From: a virus
Lineage: Duplodnaviria; Caudoviricetes
IMG/VR virus record: IMGVR_UViG_3300024232_000003
Location: 1-51,456 of that record
DNA length: 51,456 nt
Strand: one strand, 5' to 3'
The translations under genes and the position numbers were made by a program. The notes below the pieces were generated by a model. The model did not search any database and was not told where the DNA came from. It was given only the letters and a program-made list of their open reading frames with translations. Of the stretch, positions 34,362 to 42,860 are shown in pieces. Positions within the stretch are counted from its first letter, which is position 1; each line of letters opens with the position of its first letter.

Positions 34362-34808
34362 CTACCTGGCCACACGCCAACCCCAACCGCCTCCAGTGAT
34401 AAGGCCAAGCTTTTGTTGAATCTGAATGCTCTCCCCCTCTGGGGATCGGCCCCACTGGTTTCCGTCACACGAAACCGAGAATGTCTGGCCTTCGCTGGAC
34501 ACGATCAGCTTCCATTCCTCTGGCTCGCTCGAACTAACGACAACAGTGCCAACCTGGCCATTGGATCCAACCGCCGTTCCCACGCCCGTGCTCGAATGCG
34601 ACGGCTGATAAACCCGCTGGATTACCGTGGCCGCAACTGGCGGACCCCAGTTCCCTCCAAAGCAATCCGTCGCCATAAAAACTGTCCCGATTACGATCAA
34701 GGCGACGACTATGCCAAGGATCGTTTCCAGCGTCCACCATCCCTCTGGAGGCCGTCGCTTGCTTTGAGGAATCCGCATGGCCCTGACTCTTTCCGCCAAT
34801 GTGCTCAT
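34362..34808 (-). CDS. Membrane-anchored hypothetical protein
   Basis: TM ILGIVVALIVIGTVFMA followed by a beta-rich domain. Confidence 0.65.
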   Translation of the reverse strand: MSTLAERVRAMRIPQSKRRPPEGWWTLETILGIVVALIVIGTVFMATDCFGGNWGPPVAATVIQRVYQPSHSSTGVGTAVGSNGQVGTVVVSSSEPEEWKLIVSSEGQTFSVSCDGNQWGRSPEGESIQIQQKLGLITGGGWGWRVAR

Positions 34809-34811
34809 GAT

Positions 34812-35186
34812 TCAACCCCCGTGTTCTTCAAGCCATTTGCGGCCTCTTTCCACCGCCTCCACCGTCCCCTTGTCCACCGGCTCCCGCTTGCACACAGGAC
34901 ACGCCCCCTTCCCGTCCCACTCAGAAGGGGCACTCACCACCGGCGCCACTTCCCGATCCTCTCTCTTCGCCTGCTCCAGAAGCAACTCCTGGTGACGAGT
35001 ATTGGCCCTCAGATACTCCCCTTCCAGCTTCGTCCACTCCGCCAGGAAGCTTCGCGGGTTGTCCCGATACAACTCCCTCAACCACCTCACCCCCACCTCC
35101 TGACGAGGGCAGTCCTTCGGCTCGATCGGCTTCTTCCGCACAAACCGATAATCCACCAGAAGGTCCGGTATCTCCAACTCCATCAT
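34812..35186 (-). CDS. Terminase small subunit candidate
   Basis: WLRELYRDNPRSFL helical motif; near start of late operon upstream of TerL; C-terminal CPVC. Confidence 0.4.
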   Translation of the reverse strand: MMELEIPDLLVDYRFVRKKPIEPKDCPRQEVGVRWLRELYRDNPRSFLAEWTKLEGEYLRANTRHQELLLEQAKREDREVAPVVSAPSEWDGKGACPVCKREPVDKGTVEAVERGRKWLEEHGG

Positions 35187-35487
35187 CCACCCCAAACAAC
35201 TCCGCCGCGCTTGGGCCGTTCTTCGCTACCGCCGCCCGACACGGACCACAACTCGCAGATCCCAACCGAAAACACCTATCACACAGTACCGAATCCACCG
35301 GCCTCGCTTGCGCCTTAATCCTCGAAATACCCTCCCTCACCACCTGCAAGCCACCTGTCAAAGGCGACAGCCTCGGAAACAACAACGTCCGACTATACTC
35401 CGAAAACGTCAATCCAGCCCCCTTCGCGCGACCCGACAAATCATCGTACTCGTCGTCCGTCACCCGAATATTCACCTTCTTCGACAT
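34921..35487 (-). CDS. Ribbon-helix-helix DNA-binding protein with CxxC motifs
   Basis: MSKKVNIRVTDDEY..L..RAKGAGLTFSEYSR (RHH); CDRC..CGPC; 3' half overlaps next ORF. Confidence 0.55.
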   Translation of the reverse strand: MSKKVNIRVTDDEYDDLSGRAKGAGLTFSEYSRTLLFPRLSPLTGGLQVVREGISRIKAQARPVDSVLCDRCFRLGSASCGPCRAAVAKNGPSAAELFGVDDGVGDTGPSGGLSVCAEEADRAEGLPSSGGGGEVVEGVVSGQPAKLPGGVDEAGRGVSEGQYSSPGVASGAGEERGSGSGAGGECPF

Positions 35488-35953
35488 CCAAAATCCTCCC
35501 CAAAACACCGTATCACAACAAACCAGTATCACCCCACTGTACCACACTCCATCCACGTCCTGTACCACACAACTCCCAGGTGCGGCTAACATCCACCTCC
35601 CGTCAATAAACCGGCCCGCCCTCACGCTTACTCAACGCTTATCCACCGCTTAACGCACGCCTTTAAAGCACCTAACCCATGCGGAGGACGGGACATAAGC
35701 GATACCCGCCTCGCCCACATGACCCCCAGGTGCGGCTCAACTTCCGCGCGGGCACGCGAATCACCGCCCAGGCGCTCGCGTCTGGGTCTTCGCGCGGCCC
35801 GCGGGCACGTCGCGTCCCGCGCTCGCTCGCGCGCGATGCGGTGCACCCAGTTGACGGCGTTTCGGATGGTAGAGCGTTCGACGGTCGACGTAACGTGTTG
35901 GGGCGTATAGGGTCGGGGCATGGTTGGCCTGTTGTTGGGCCTTGGGGGTTGTG

Positions 35954-36148
35954 ATGTACGAGGTGTGTTGGTCTTCTACGTGGGCTTGTGGTGTAGGGAG
36001 CATTATGGTGCGGGCACTGGACGAGGCCGATGCGGTGGCCCAGTTCAAGGCCGGCTGGCACATGCGGGGCTTGGGTCGGCTCCCGGACAGCATCACAGCT
36101 ACGCCACGGTGCGTCGAGGCCTGCCCTCGTGGCTGGGATCACGTGTGA
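35954..36148 (+). CDS. Early small hypothetical protein
   Basis: GGGGG RBS; V.A.DE.DA...F motif; possible TCGACG-17-TAGGGT promoter upstream. Confidence 0.5.
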   Translation: MYEVCWSSTWACGVGSIMVRALDEADAVAQFKAGWHMRGLGRLPDSITATPRCVEACPRGWDHV

Positions 36149-36204
36149 TTGGGCCGGGTTGGTGGCCCTGGGCACGGTGCCTGGGGCCTCGCTTCGAGGG
36201 CCGA

Positions 36205-36456
36205 ATGGAGGGCTGGACGATGGAACGCTATGGAACGCTGTGGATTTGTGCTTGTGGCCGGCCTGTGGATGGGCCTGCTGGGGTGCCAGAGGCCGGCGTG
36301 TGCAGGCATTGCGGGGAGAGCTGCTGTAGGGCCGATCCGCTGTGCCTGGAGTGCAGGGAGGCCGGGGCCTGTGCTGGCTGTGGGCATCTGGCTGCCAAGG
36401 GCTGGGCGTGCGTGGAAGGGTGGACGGTTGACGAGATACTGGCTCGTGAGGGCTGA
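36205..36456 (+). CDS. Early Cys-rich hypothetical protein
   Basis: Multiple CxC/CxxC motifs; start uncertain. Confidence 0.45.
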   Translation: MEGWTMERYGTLWICACGRPVDGPAGVPEAGVCRHCGESCCRADPLCLECREAGACAGCGHLAAKGWACVEGWTVDEILAREG

Positions 36457-36459
36457 GAT

Positions 36460-36546
36460 ATGAGTGATTGCATGGGATTCTGGATCACGGTGGCCCTGCT
36501 TGGTGCAGCGGCCTTGGTTGGATGGGCTACTGGGAGGGATGTGTGA
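36460..36546 (+). CDS. 28-aa single-TM peptide (not in ORF track)
   Basis: MSDCMGFWITVALLGAAALVGWATGRDV; TGATG coupling to next gene. Confidence 0.4.
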   Translation: MSDCMGFWITVALLGAAALVGWATGRDV

Positions 36547-36824
36547 TGGATAAGCCGACGTATCTGGTGAAGAAGAACCATACCCAGTTGTTCTGGGATG
36601 GCGTTTGCTGGGGCGTGCGCCGTAGGGCCAAGGAGTACAAGAGTATCGAGAAAGCCAAGATGGCCAAGCATGGCCTCGTGATGGTGGTAATCGTGCAAGC
36701 TGTTGATTACCCAATCGAGGTAGGGGGCGACGGAGTTCAGGCTCCTATTCCTCTTCCCGATCCAGGGGAAGACGCCACCGGGCCAGAACCTGACGACTTC
36801 AATGAGGCCCCGTATCCGGCCTAA
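36546..36824 (+). CDS. Early hypothetical protein
   Basis: GGGAGG RBS; MDKPTYLVKK. Confidence 0.6.
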   Translation: MDKPTYLVKKNHTQLFWDGVCWGVRRRAKEYKSIEKAKMAKHGLVMVVIVQAVDYPIEVGGDGVQAPIPLPDPGEDATGPEPDDFNEAPYPA

Positions 36825-36910
36825 CAGCGGCCAGTGATGGCCAGGGACCGCCACCTGGCCGCCGCTGGATGCTAGTTGACGCCGATTGGTGAGGTATGGA
36901 GGGCTCGATT

Positions 36911-37006
36911 ATGAGACGTATCTGGTGGAGTCTGGCGGAGCTTGTGCTCCTGGTGTTGGGTGTGGTGTTGACGTTCTTTGTGGCCTGGAACCTGGGCCTG
37001 ATTTAG
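36911..37006 (+). CDS. 31-aa single-TM peptide (not in ORF track)
   Basis: MRRIWWSLAELVLLVLGVVLTFFVAWNLGLI; GGAGG RBS. Confidence 0.5.
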   Translation: MRRIWWSLAELVLLVLGVVLTFFVAWNLGLI

Positions 37007-37016
37007 GGGGTGCGAA

Positions 37017-37436
37017 TTGAACACTGTGCAGATGAATCGAATCGCTGAGCATGGCCGGCGACTGCTGGCCATCTTCCCGAACGCGACGGAGCAAGACCCG
37101 GTGAAGCTGTGCAAGAAACTTCGCCACTTCGAGGCCGAGGGCCAGGCCATCGGCGTGCGGCTGTGCAACGGGCCGGAATGGATCGACAAATACGGCCATG
37201 CCGACCCGGCTGGGGCAGACAGGGAATGCACGCTAGTCCTGCGCAAGGTTTACAAGCTGCTGACGGGATCTTTCCTGGCTGGCCATGACGGGCGCTCCGT
37301 GCCGATCTTCCTGAACCGTGACCCTCGCGGCTACGCCTTGAAGATCCGGGACGACTGGATGAGGGCCAATAACGTGCAGCTCGAGCGCGACTGGGGCGGC
37401 TACGGGATCATTGCTCCCGAGATCACAGGCGATTAG
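37017..37436 (+). CDS. Early hypothetical protein
   Basis: LCNG...IFLNRDPRGYALKI...DWGGYG; GC3 bias. Confidence 0.75.
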   Translation: MNTVQMNRIAEHGRRLLAIFPNATEQDPVKLCKKLRHFEAEGQAIGVRLCNGPEWIDKYGHADPAGADRECTLVLRKVYKLLTGSFLAGHDGRSVPIFLNRDPRGYALKIRDDWMRANNVQLERDWGGYGIIAPEITGD

Positions 37437-37506
37437 TCCCCACATGGCCCGCCCGGCATGGGCTCGGCGGGCATTGTGGTTGCTACTCACCTACAGGAGA
37501 CCAGTT

Positions 37507-37830
37507 ATGTCGAAGCACACGCCGGGGCCGTGGGAGTCTGTTGAAACAAAGCCAATTGCAGGCGTCACCGTCGCTCGTGGATGGTTCGTTAGCCCTGTGA
37601 AGGGAAGGAGGAGCCCTGTCCTTGACATTGCTCAAGTGCATCTGACGGCCAGCCAGGATCGGGAAGAACAAGAGGCCAATGCCAGGCTCATTGCGGCCGC
37701 GCCTGACCTGCTGGAGTCGCTGCAAGAAATGGTGGCCGATTTGCTGTCTCATGCTGCCTATGGGTTTAACGATGCTGAGCGGGGGATGCTCAAGCGGGCC
37801 GAGGACGCCATCAAGAAAGCGGGTGCGTGA
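37507..37830 (+). CDS. Phage protein, KHTPGPW...ANARLIAAAPDLL family
   Basis: Characteristic motif; AGGAG RBS. Confidence 0.8.
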   Translation: MSKHTPGPWESVETKPIAGVTVARGWFVSPVKGRRSPVLDIAQVHLTASQDREEQEANARLIAAAPDLLESLQEMVADLLSHAAYGFNDAERGMLKRAEDAIKKAGA

Positions 37831-38021
37831 TGCCCAGGGCCAAGAAGGATACGCGGACACTCTGGAGCCTGCGTTGTGTGACCTGCGACAAGTTGCTCGA
37901 AGAGACCCCAAGCGGCTACTGGGTTTGCCAAAATGGGCACGGTGGCCTTCGCCTCGACCAAGAGGCCGCGGAGCTGCCTTACGAGGGCCTGGCCATGTTC
38001 CCGGATGAGGTGCCGACATGA
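37827..38021 (+). CDS. Small zinc-ribbon protein
   Basis: CVTC...CQNGH; coupled. Confidence 0.6.
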   Translation: MMPRAKKDTRTLWSLRCVTCDKLLEETPSGYWVCQNGHGGLRLDQEAAELPYEGLAMFPDEVPT

Positions 38022-38275
38022 GTTGCTTGATATGTGGAAACCTGGTGACCGATGAGGAATGGGCCAAGGTTTTGGCCAAGTATCCAACGCACACGTTTTC
38101 GCCTGGCGTGATCGTCTGCGCGGAGTGCGCTGCCGAGATGGACGACGGCTTCAATGAGGTCGAGAAGCGGCACGCGCAGCAGGCCATGATCGAGGAGGCC
38201 CTTCACTTCATCGCAGACTACGGGGCCGAGGCATGGAACGAGATCATTGAAGCCGTACAGGAGCAAGCCAAATGA
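38018..38275 (+). CDS. Small zinc-finger protein
   Basis: CLIC...CAEC; ATGA coupled. Confidence 0.6.
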   Translation: MSCLICGNLVTDEEWAKVLAKYPTHTFSPGVIVCAECAAEMDDGFNEVEKRHAQQAMIEEALHFIADYGAEAWNEIIEAVQEQAK

Positions 38276-38457
38276 AGACCCACGGAGTTGACCGCAAGGG
38301 CTCCTACTTTGTCGCCTGGTGGCTCGAAGGGGGCCGGCGCCGGGAAATGAGCTGGGACCATGAATTGTGGGCCTGGGAGTGGCTCAGGGAGCATTTGGCC
38401 GATCTGGAGATAGAAAAGGCCGCCCAGGCTGACCCGAGATCCACGCAAACGGCTTGA
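38272..38457 (+). CDS. Hypothetical protein
   Basis: ATGA coupled; GGAG RBS. Confidence 0.55.
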   Translation: MKTHGVDRKGSYFVAWWLEGGRRREMSWDHELWAWEWLREHLADLEIEKAAQADPRSTQTA

Positions 38458-38479
38458 GGAGGGTTTAGGTACACCTTGA

Positions 38480-38521
38480 AACGACAAGGCCCCGGGGTTG
38501 CTCCCGGGGCCGTTCTTGTTT
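38480..38521. terminator. Bidirectional terminator between convergent operons
   Basis: GGCCCCGGG/CCCGGGGCC stem (38488-38511) with T-rich tails on both strands. Confidence 0.8.
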
Positions 38522-38747
38522 ACCTGTCTTCTTCGTAGGCCCGCACGGTGTTATCGAAGCCGGGGTCAGGCTGGTCTTCGGTACGGGCCTTGCGACAGCG
38601 GGGAAATCTATGCAAGACTTCCCAGTATCTGTAGTTCAGCTTCATCTTCCTTCGGCCACGCCGCCGGCCGCCTCGCATCCAAATGAGCTTGTGAATCTCC
38701 AGGCGCATTCTGAAGTGTCTCTGGAGTAGCAAAATGGTTTCTCTCAC
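38520..38747 (-). CDS. Basic hypothetical protein
   Basis: GAGGG RBS; ends at the terminator. Confidence 0.4.
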   Translation of the reverse strand: MRETILLLQRHFRMRLEIHKLIWMRGGRRRGRRKMKLNYRYWEVLHRFPRCRKARTEDQPDPGFDNTVRAYEEDR

Positions 38748-38762
38748 TTCGCCCTCGCCGTT

Positions 38763-39368
38763 TCAGAATGGGTGTTCGTCGTCTACGGGGGGCTGGGCTC
38801 GGGGCTCCTCGGGCGTCGTGGTACGTTCCATCGCTTCCAGTAAGGCAGGGGCCGAGTATTGGCCTCCAATTCCAGCGCAGTAGATGGACAGGCTAGTTAC
38901 GAATGCCTGTATCTCTGCCTTGGCAACCTCAGCCGCGACCTCCTTTATTTCGTCGATTGACCAGTCGGAAGCCGGGGCCGGGTTCATTATCGCAGCCGCT
39001 TGTGCGTGAATCGGCTCGGGCTGGGTCGTCTTCCAGCAGGCCGGGCAATACCAGGCCTCTTTGTCGACCGTTCTGCTGGTTTGGTGCCAGCCATGAGCTG
39101 TCAGTTCGCCTGGGTCTGTAGTATCGCAGAGATTCATACATTCAAATCTGGCGCAGAGCATTCTCTTGGCATGGCCTTGCTTAGGCCCCTTCGTCGCCGG
39201 CTTCGGAGCATCGAACGGGCACAGCCAGCCGGCGGGCCCGTCTAGCCAGCCAACCAGCCTCATTCTCTCTTGCAGCCTGAACAAGTCGCCCGTGAGAGTC
39301 TGCTCGCAGACGGCGCCGGAATGCGAGGCCCCGCAATGGCCCCGCCGGCATTTGATCGTGTAAAGCAT
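38763..39368 (-). CDS. Cys-rich protein with two GW...W.CP repeats
   Basis: GWLDGPAGWLCP and GWHQ...WYCPAC; start 39368 (TGATG). Confidence 0.6.
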   Translation of the reverse strand: MLYTIKCRRGHCGASHSGAVCEQTLTGDLFRLQERMRLVGWLDGPAGWLCPFDAPKPATKGPKQGHAKRMLCARFECMNLCDTTDPGELTAHGWHQTSRTVDKEAWYCPACWKTTQPEPIHAQAAAIMNPAPASDWSIDEIKEVAAEVAKAEIQAFVTSLSIYCAGIGGQYSAPALLEAMERTTTPEEPRAQPPVDDEHPF

Positions 39369-39733
39369 CACTGGCCGCCTTTCTTGGTCTTGAACACGAG
39401 GCCCGCATCCGACACTTCGCAGCCCAGCTGCTCGGCCTTTTGTTTGGTGAACCACTCATACTCTTCCGTGCATTGCACGATATACTCGTAGCTCGTGAAT
39501 GCCTGTTTCTTGACCAGTAGGGCCGTCAATGCGTTGATCTCGGCCCGGGTGAGCAATACCAAGTCGATCAGGTCGCGCATCTCGTAATTGCCCGGATGCG
39601 TCTTGGGTATCAGGCCCACTGGCTTGCCCAAGGCCACTTCATGCAGGGCCCCGACGTACCGCATCGACAGATGATGAAGCCGCTCGGCTGCCGCCTTGCA
39701 CAACTCCTGGGCCAACTCTTCGTTCTTGCTCAT
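39368..39733 (-). CDS. Hypothetical protein
   Basis: AGGAG RBS. Confidence 0.7.
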   Translation of the reverse strand: MSKNEELAQELCKAAAERLHHLSMRYVGALHEVALGKPVGLIPKTHPGNYEMRDLIDLVLLTRAEINALTALLVKKQAFTSYEYIVQCTEEYEWFTKQKAEQLGCEVSDAGLVFKTKKGGQ

Positions 39734-39820
39734 GATGGTCTCCTGTGAACTCGGCGGCCTGCCGAGCGTCTAATTTGTTCATGGACACGCGCGTACGCTA
39801 TCAACGATGCTGGGTGGCCC

Positions 39821-40045
39821 TCAGGGGCCCGACTGGGAAGCTGCTCCTGTCGCGATCCAGACCGCGAACAGGGCCGCCGTCATCGAAAGGGCCAACGCGA
39901 ACAGGCACAAGCCCATTTCGATCCTGTACGCCCTTTTGTTCATGGCTATTAACGCGTCGATCCTGGCGTCGAAATCGGCCTTGATCTTGTCGGCCTTCTC
40001 GAAAGCCCTGGCTCGTATCTGTTCAAACACATCGCCCGCCATCAC
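39821..40045 (-). CDS. Small C-terminal TM protein
   Basis: Hydrophobic C-terminus; AGGTG RBS. Confidence 0.55.
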   Translation of the reverse strand: MMAGDVFEQIRARAFEKADKIKADFDARIDALIAMNKRAYRIEMGLCLFALALSMTAALFAVWIATGAASQSGP

Positions 40046-40070
40046 TCACCACCTTTCCGGCCCGTGGGCC

Positions 40071-40613
40071 TCACTCAAACGCATTTGGATAAATGCTCTC
40101 TATTATTGCCGCAGCCGCAGCCAGCTTCTGTAGGCAATGCGGGCACACGGCTATGTGGACCCTCTCTCCGTCGCTTTCGCCTCCCACCAACTCGATCTCA
40201 ATTACCGTTGTCACGAACTCCTGGTCGCGCTGCTTTATGTGGAAGCCCCGAACATGGGCGTGCAGGTGCTCGGGAAGTTCCCCGTCTTGTCGGTTCGTAA
40301 TCTCTACTTCCACTCGCTTTCGTGCCGGCCTCTTTTGGCCGACTACAACTCCAACCTCTCGAAGCTTCTTGTCGACTTGATCTCGGTATGACGACAGAAA
40401 CCTTTCGATGCTTCGGCCCTGATCGGCCTTCTTGGCCTTGCCAGTTCCGCCAATGACGCACGCGGCCCCAGCCAGGAATGCCTCACGAACCACGAGGTCG
40501 TGGTCGTCGGCAATTGCTGATTCGATATTGCTGGCGTTGGGTGAACTCTCTCGCCAGGCTTCAAAGTCTGCTTGAACGCTCCCGAACATCGACATCGCTT
40601 CCTCCGGCCTCAT
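40071..40613 (-). CDS. Hypothetical protein
   Basis: Start at 40613 or 40595, after the VNDLG junction repeat. Confidence 0.55.
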   Translation of the reverse strand: MRPEEAMSMFGSVQADFEAWRESSPNASNIESAIADDHDLVVREAFLAGAACVIGGTGKAKKADQGRSIERFLSSYRDQVDKKLREVGVVVGQKRPARKRVEVEITNRQDGELPEHLHAHVRGFHIKQRDQEFVTTVIEIELVGGESDGERVHIAVCPHCLQKLAAAAAIIESIYPNAFE

Positions 40614-40639
40614 CGGCCCCCTAAATCGTTGACCATCCA

Positions 40640-41059
40640 TTACCGCCGCACAGGGAACAACGGGTTCTTGCAATTGGGCTGATCTGGCTCGCAATTGCAA
40701 TGGCCCGACATGCAGTGAATGTAGTTCTCGTCCACGGCGGTCATTTCGTACAACTCTTGGGCTGTGTGTTGGGCCACGAATTCTTGTAGCAGCTTGCCCT
40801 TGTCGTCGAGCCAGGCGTAGCGGGTGCTCGTTCCGTAGTTGATGCAGTCGGCATGGCACAGGGCGTTGATTAGAAGCCAGGCAGTTGTTGCCCCGAGAAC
40901 TACCTCCAATTCTTCGTACTTGTAGCTCGGGTAGCCTGCGCTCGGCTTGCACAGTTCCAGGAACACTTTCAGGGCCTTGAGGATGTGGGGCTCACCAGTC
41001 CCGTAGCCGAAGCCGAACACCTGGGCCTCCCAGTCGATGAAATGCTTGTTGGTTATCAT
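40640..41059 (-). CDS. Hypothetical protein (cassette gene)
   Basis: FGFGYGTGE...YGTSTRYAWL; flanked by 19-bp direct repeats. Confidence 0.75.
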   Translation of the reverse strand: MITNKHFIDWEAQVFGFGYGTGEPHILKALKVFLELCKPSAGYPSYKYEELEVVLGATTAWLLINALCHADCINYGTSTRYAWLDDKGKLLQEFVAQHTAQELYEMTAVDENYIHCMSGHCNCEPDQPNCKNPLFPVRR

Positions 41060-41093
41060 GTCGCTCCTAAATCGTTGACCATCCCCTTCACCA

Positions 41094-41303
41094 CTACTCG
41101 GCTACAGGGGCGTGAAAGTACAAGCTCATGTGTTCAGGCCACCTGCCAAACTGCAATATCCTGGAAAGGTCAACATTGTCTTGGGGCCTTCCCCTGTAGT
41201 GAAACTCGATCAATGGCTCGCCGTTCATTCGCAGCTCAAGAATGAACCCTTGCTCTCGGCTCATTGAGTCTCTGACAAAGTCGGAAATGTCTTCTTCGTT
41301 CAT
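41094..41303 (-). CDS. Hypothetical protein (cassette gene)
   Basis: GGAGG RBS; ATGA coupled. Confidence 0.55.
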   Translation of the reverse strand: MNEEDISDFVRDSMSREQGFILELRMNGEPLIEFHYRGRPQDNVDLSRILQFGRWPEHMSLYFHAPVAE

Positions 41304-41512
41304 CGTCGGCCTCCCAAGTCATTAACTAAACCATTCACCACGATCCCACGCCTCCGGTACTCCGACAGGTCCAGGGGCCAGGGCCGCTCCACCCCGGCCT
41401 CGTCCACGTACAGAACCTCCGTCATCCCCGGGCACACGTCGCACCGCCGCAGCCGGCCATACTGCACCCGGCCGCAGATCCAACACTGAACCAGGCCCAG
41501 GCGCTCGGTCAT
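41300..41512 (-). CDS. Small zinc-finger protein
   Basis: CWIC...CDVC; ends IVVNGLVNDLGGRR. Confidence 0.55.
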   Translation of the reverse strand: MTERLGLVQCWICGRVQYGRLRRCDVCPGMTEVLYVDEAGVERPWPLDLSEYRRRGIVVNGLVNDLGGRR

Positions 41513-41874
41513 ACCGGCCCCGTCGACTCGTGCCGCTTCAGAAGCAGCCTCAGGTTGCTGATGGCCTTCTCGTTGTGCTTGCACGCCTCGCACAGCATCG
41601 CGTCATTGCTAATCGAACACTTGGCACACAGAACAAACTCCATATCGTCCCAAATCTCGTCGAGGTGAATGGCGCCAGCCTCACGCAGAGCTAGGCCCGT
41701 CCTCTCCACGGCATTCTGCACTACTTCCTCATAGGGCCTCGCAGGCGAGCCTACCCAGTACGTCTTGCCGTAATCGGCCTTGAACTTAACCGCCCGCCAC
41801 AGGTCGCCGCTCGCGTCCATCAGATTCTTGAGCAGCCTCAGGTTCCTCGCGGCTCGATCTTCTTCATTCTTCAT
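41509..41874 (-). CDS. Hypothetical protein with C-terminal CxxC..CxxC
   Basis: ATGA coupled. Confidence 0.6.
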   Translation of the reverse strand: MKNEEDRAARNLRLLKNLMDASGDLWRAVKFKADYGKTYWVGSPARPYEEVVQNAVERTGLALREAGAIHLDEIWDDMEFVLCAKCSISNDAMLCEACKHNEKAISNLRLLLKRHESTGPV

Positions 41875-42080
41875 GCCAGGCCCTTCTCGTTCGCTATCCA
41901 CTCGGTAATACACATGGTCCCGTCCCTGTCCCCCTCCGTGTAGTCCAGGCCCCGGCCCTCGATCTGGCTCATTGGTATCCACTCCGCGTTATGGTGGCCC
42001 TTGAACCGGATCAGGAACGCCTTCTCCGTCATCCTCACAATGACATTGAACTCTAGGTGAACCCAGGAACCTTCGCTCAT
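41871..42080 (-). CDS. Small phage protein (TEKA..WIP.SQI family)
   Basis: Motif; AAGGTG RBS. Confidence 0.7.
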   Translation of the reverse strand: MSEGSWVHLEFNVIVRMTEKAFLIRFKGHHNAEWIPMSQIEGRGLDYTEGDRDGTMCITEWIANEKGLA

Positions 42081-42271
42081 GATTGCACCTTGCCTTTTCC
42101 TCCGCACGTCGGGCACACCATCCAGGGCGAGCCGCCATCCTCAGAAGGCCAGCGGACCTCGCCCAGGCCGTTACAGTTCGGGCACTTGTGCGTCCCGTAG
42201 TGGCAGCCAGGGCATCGGCCCTCTTGGTCGCACTCCTGCCGACATCCACACGGACAACCGCACTTTCCCAT
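42077..42271 (-). CDS. DnaJ-type zinc-finger small protein
   Basis: CPNCNGLG...CPTCGGKG; AAGGAG RBS. Confidence 0.7.
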   Translation of the reverse strand: MGKCGCPCGCRQECDQEGRCPGCHYGTHKCPNCNGLGEVRWPSEDGGSPWMVCPTCGGKGKVQS

Positions 42272-42858
42272 GATGATTACTCCTTCGCTCCCCGAGACCT
42301 ACCCCCGTGCAGGCCACTCGCCTCCGCTCAGGCTCAGGCCGCATGGCGCTCCCCTGTGCCTCTCCTTGGGACCGGCCCGAACAGTGAAACCCGGCCCCAC
42401 ACCGGCCTGACCCGTCTGGGGAATGCCTTTCCCGCCTGCCCCAGGTCAGGCCCAGCTTGTCTGGACCCGCAGGCCCAGATCGGGCGAAGCCCCCGCCTGC
42501 GGGCGGTCGAGTCTCCACGCTGGACACGGCCGCTTCGCCTGCGGCGCCGCTAATACTAGCGCGCACACCCCCTACCCCCTCACGAAAGTAGGCAAGAATC
42601 ATCCCCTGGCTGCTCAATTCCACCGTTGCGGCAGGCCGTGTCTCAGGCTTTACCGGCGCATGGCGTTGATACAGCCGTCATTTCCGTTAGGGCCCAAAGG
42701 GGTTCCCGGGGCGGATGATCCAGTTTGGCAACCTGGCCTTGTTCGAGCGGTGTTGATTGCAAGAGGTGCAAAGTGTAAAGTGTCTTTGCGGCCAGGTGCT
42801 CTGAACACCGAATCGCGCGGGTCGTTGGAGCCAGCAAGCCTCCAGCGGCCCATTTCTT
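42272..42858 (-). other. Large structured non-coding region (candidate origin or ncRNA)
   Basis: No credible ORF; many hairpins; GGGGGTAGGGGG tract. Confidence 0.5.
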
Positions 42859-42860
42859 TT
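42753..42860 (+). ncRNA. Putative counter-transcribed small RNA (~70 nt) with its own promoter and terminator
   Basis: TTGATT-17-TAAAGT (42753-42781); stem 42809-42851 with two G-U pairs possible only on +, followed by ATTTCTTTT. Confidence 0.5.

Noticed and set aside
42171-42623. 150-aa ORF as a real gene
   Set aside because: No RBS, low-complexity Gly/Arg content, and it overlaps a better-supported gene; the region is better explained as structured non-coding sequence.
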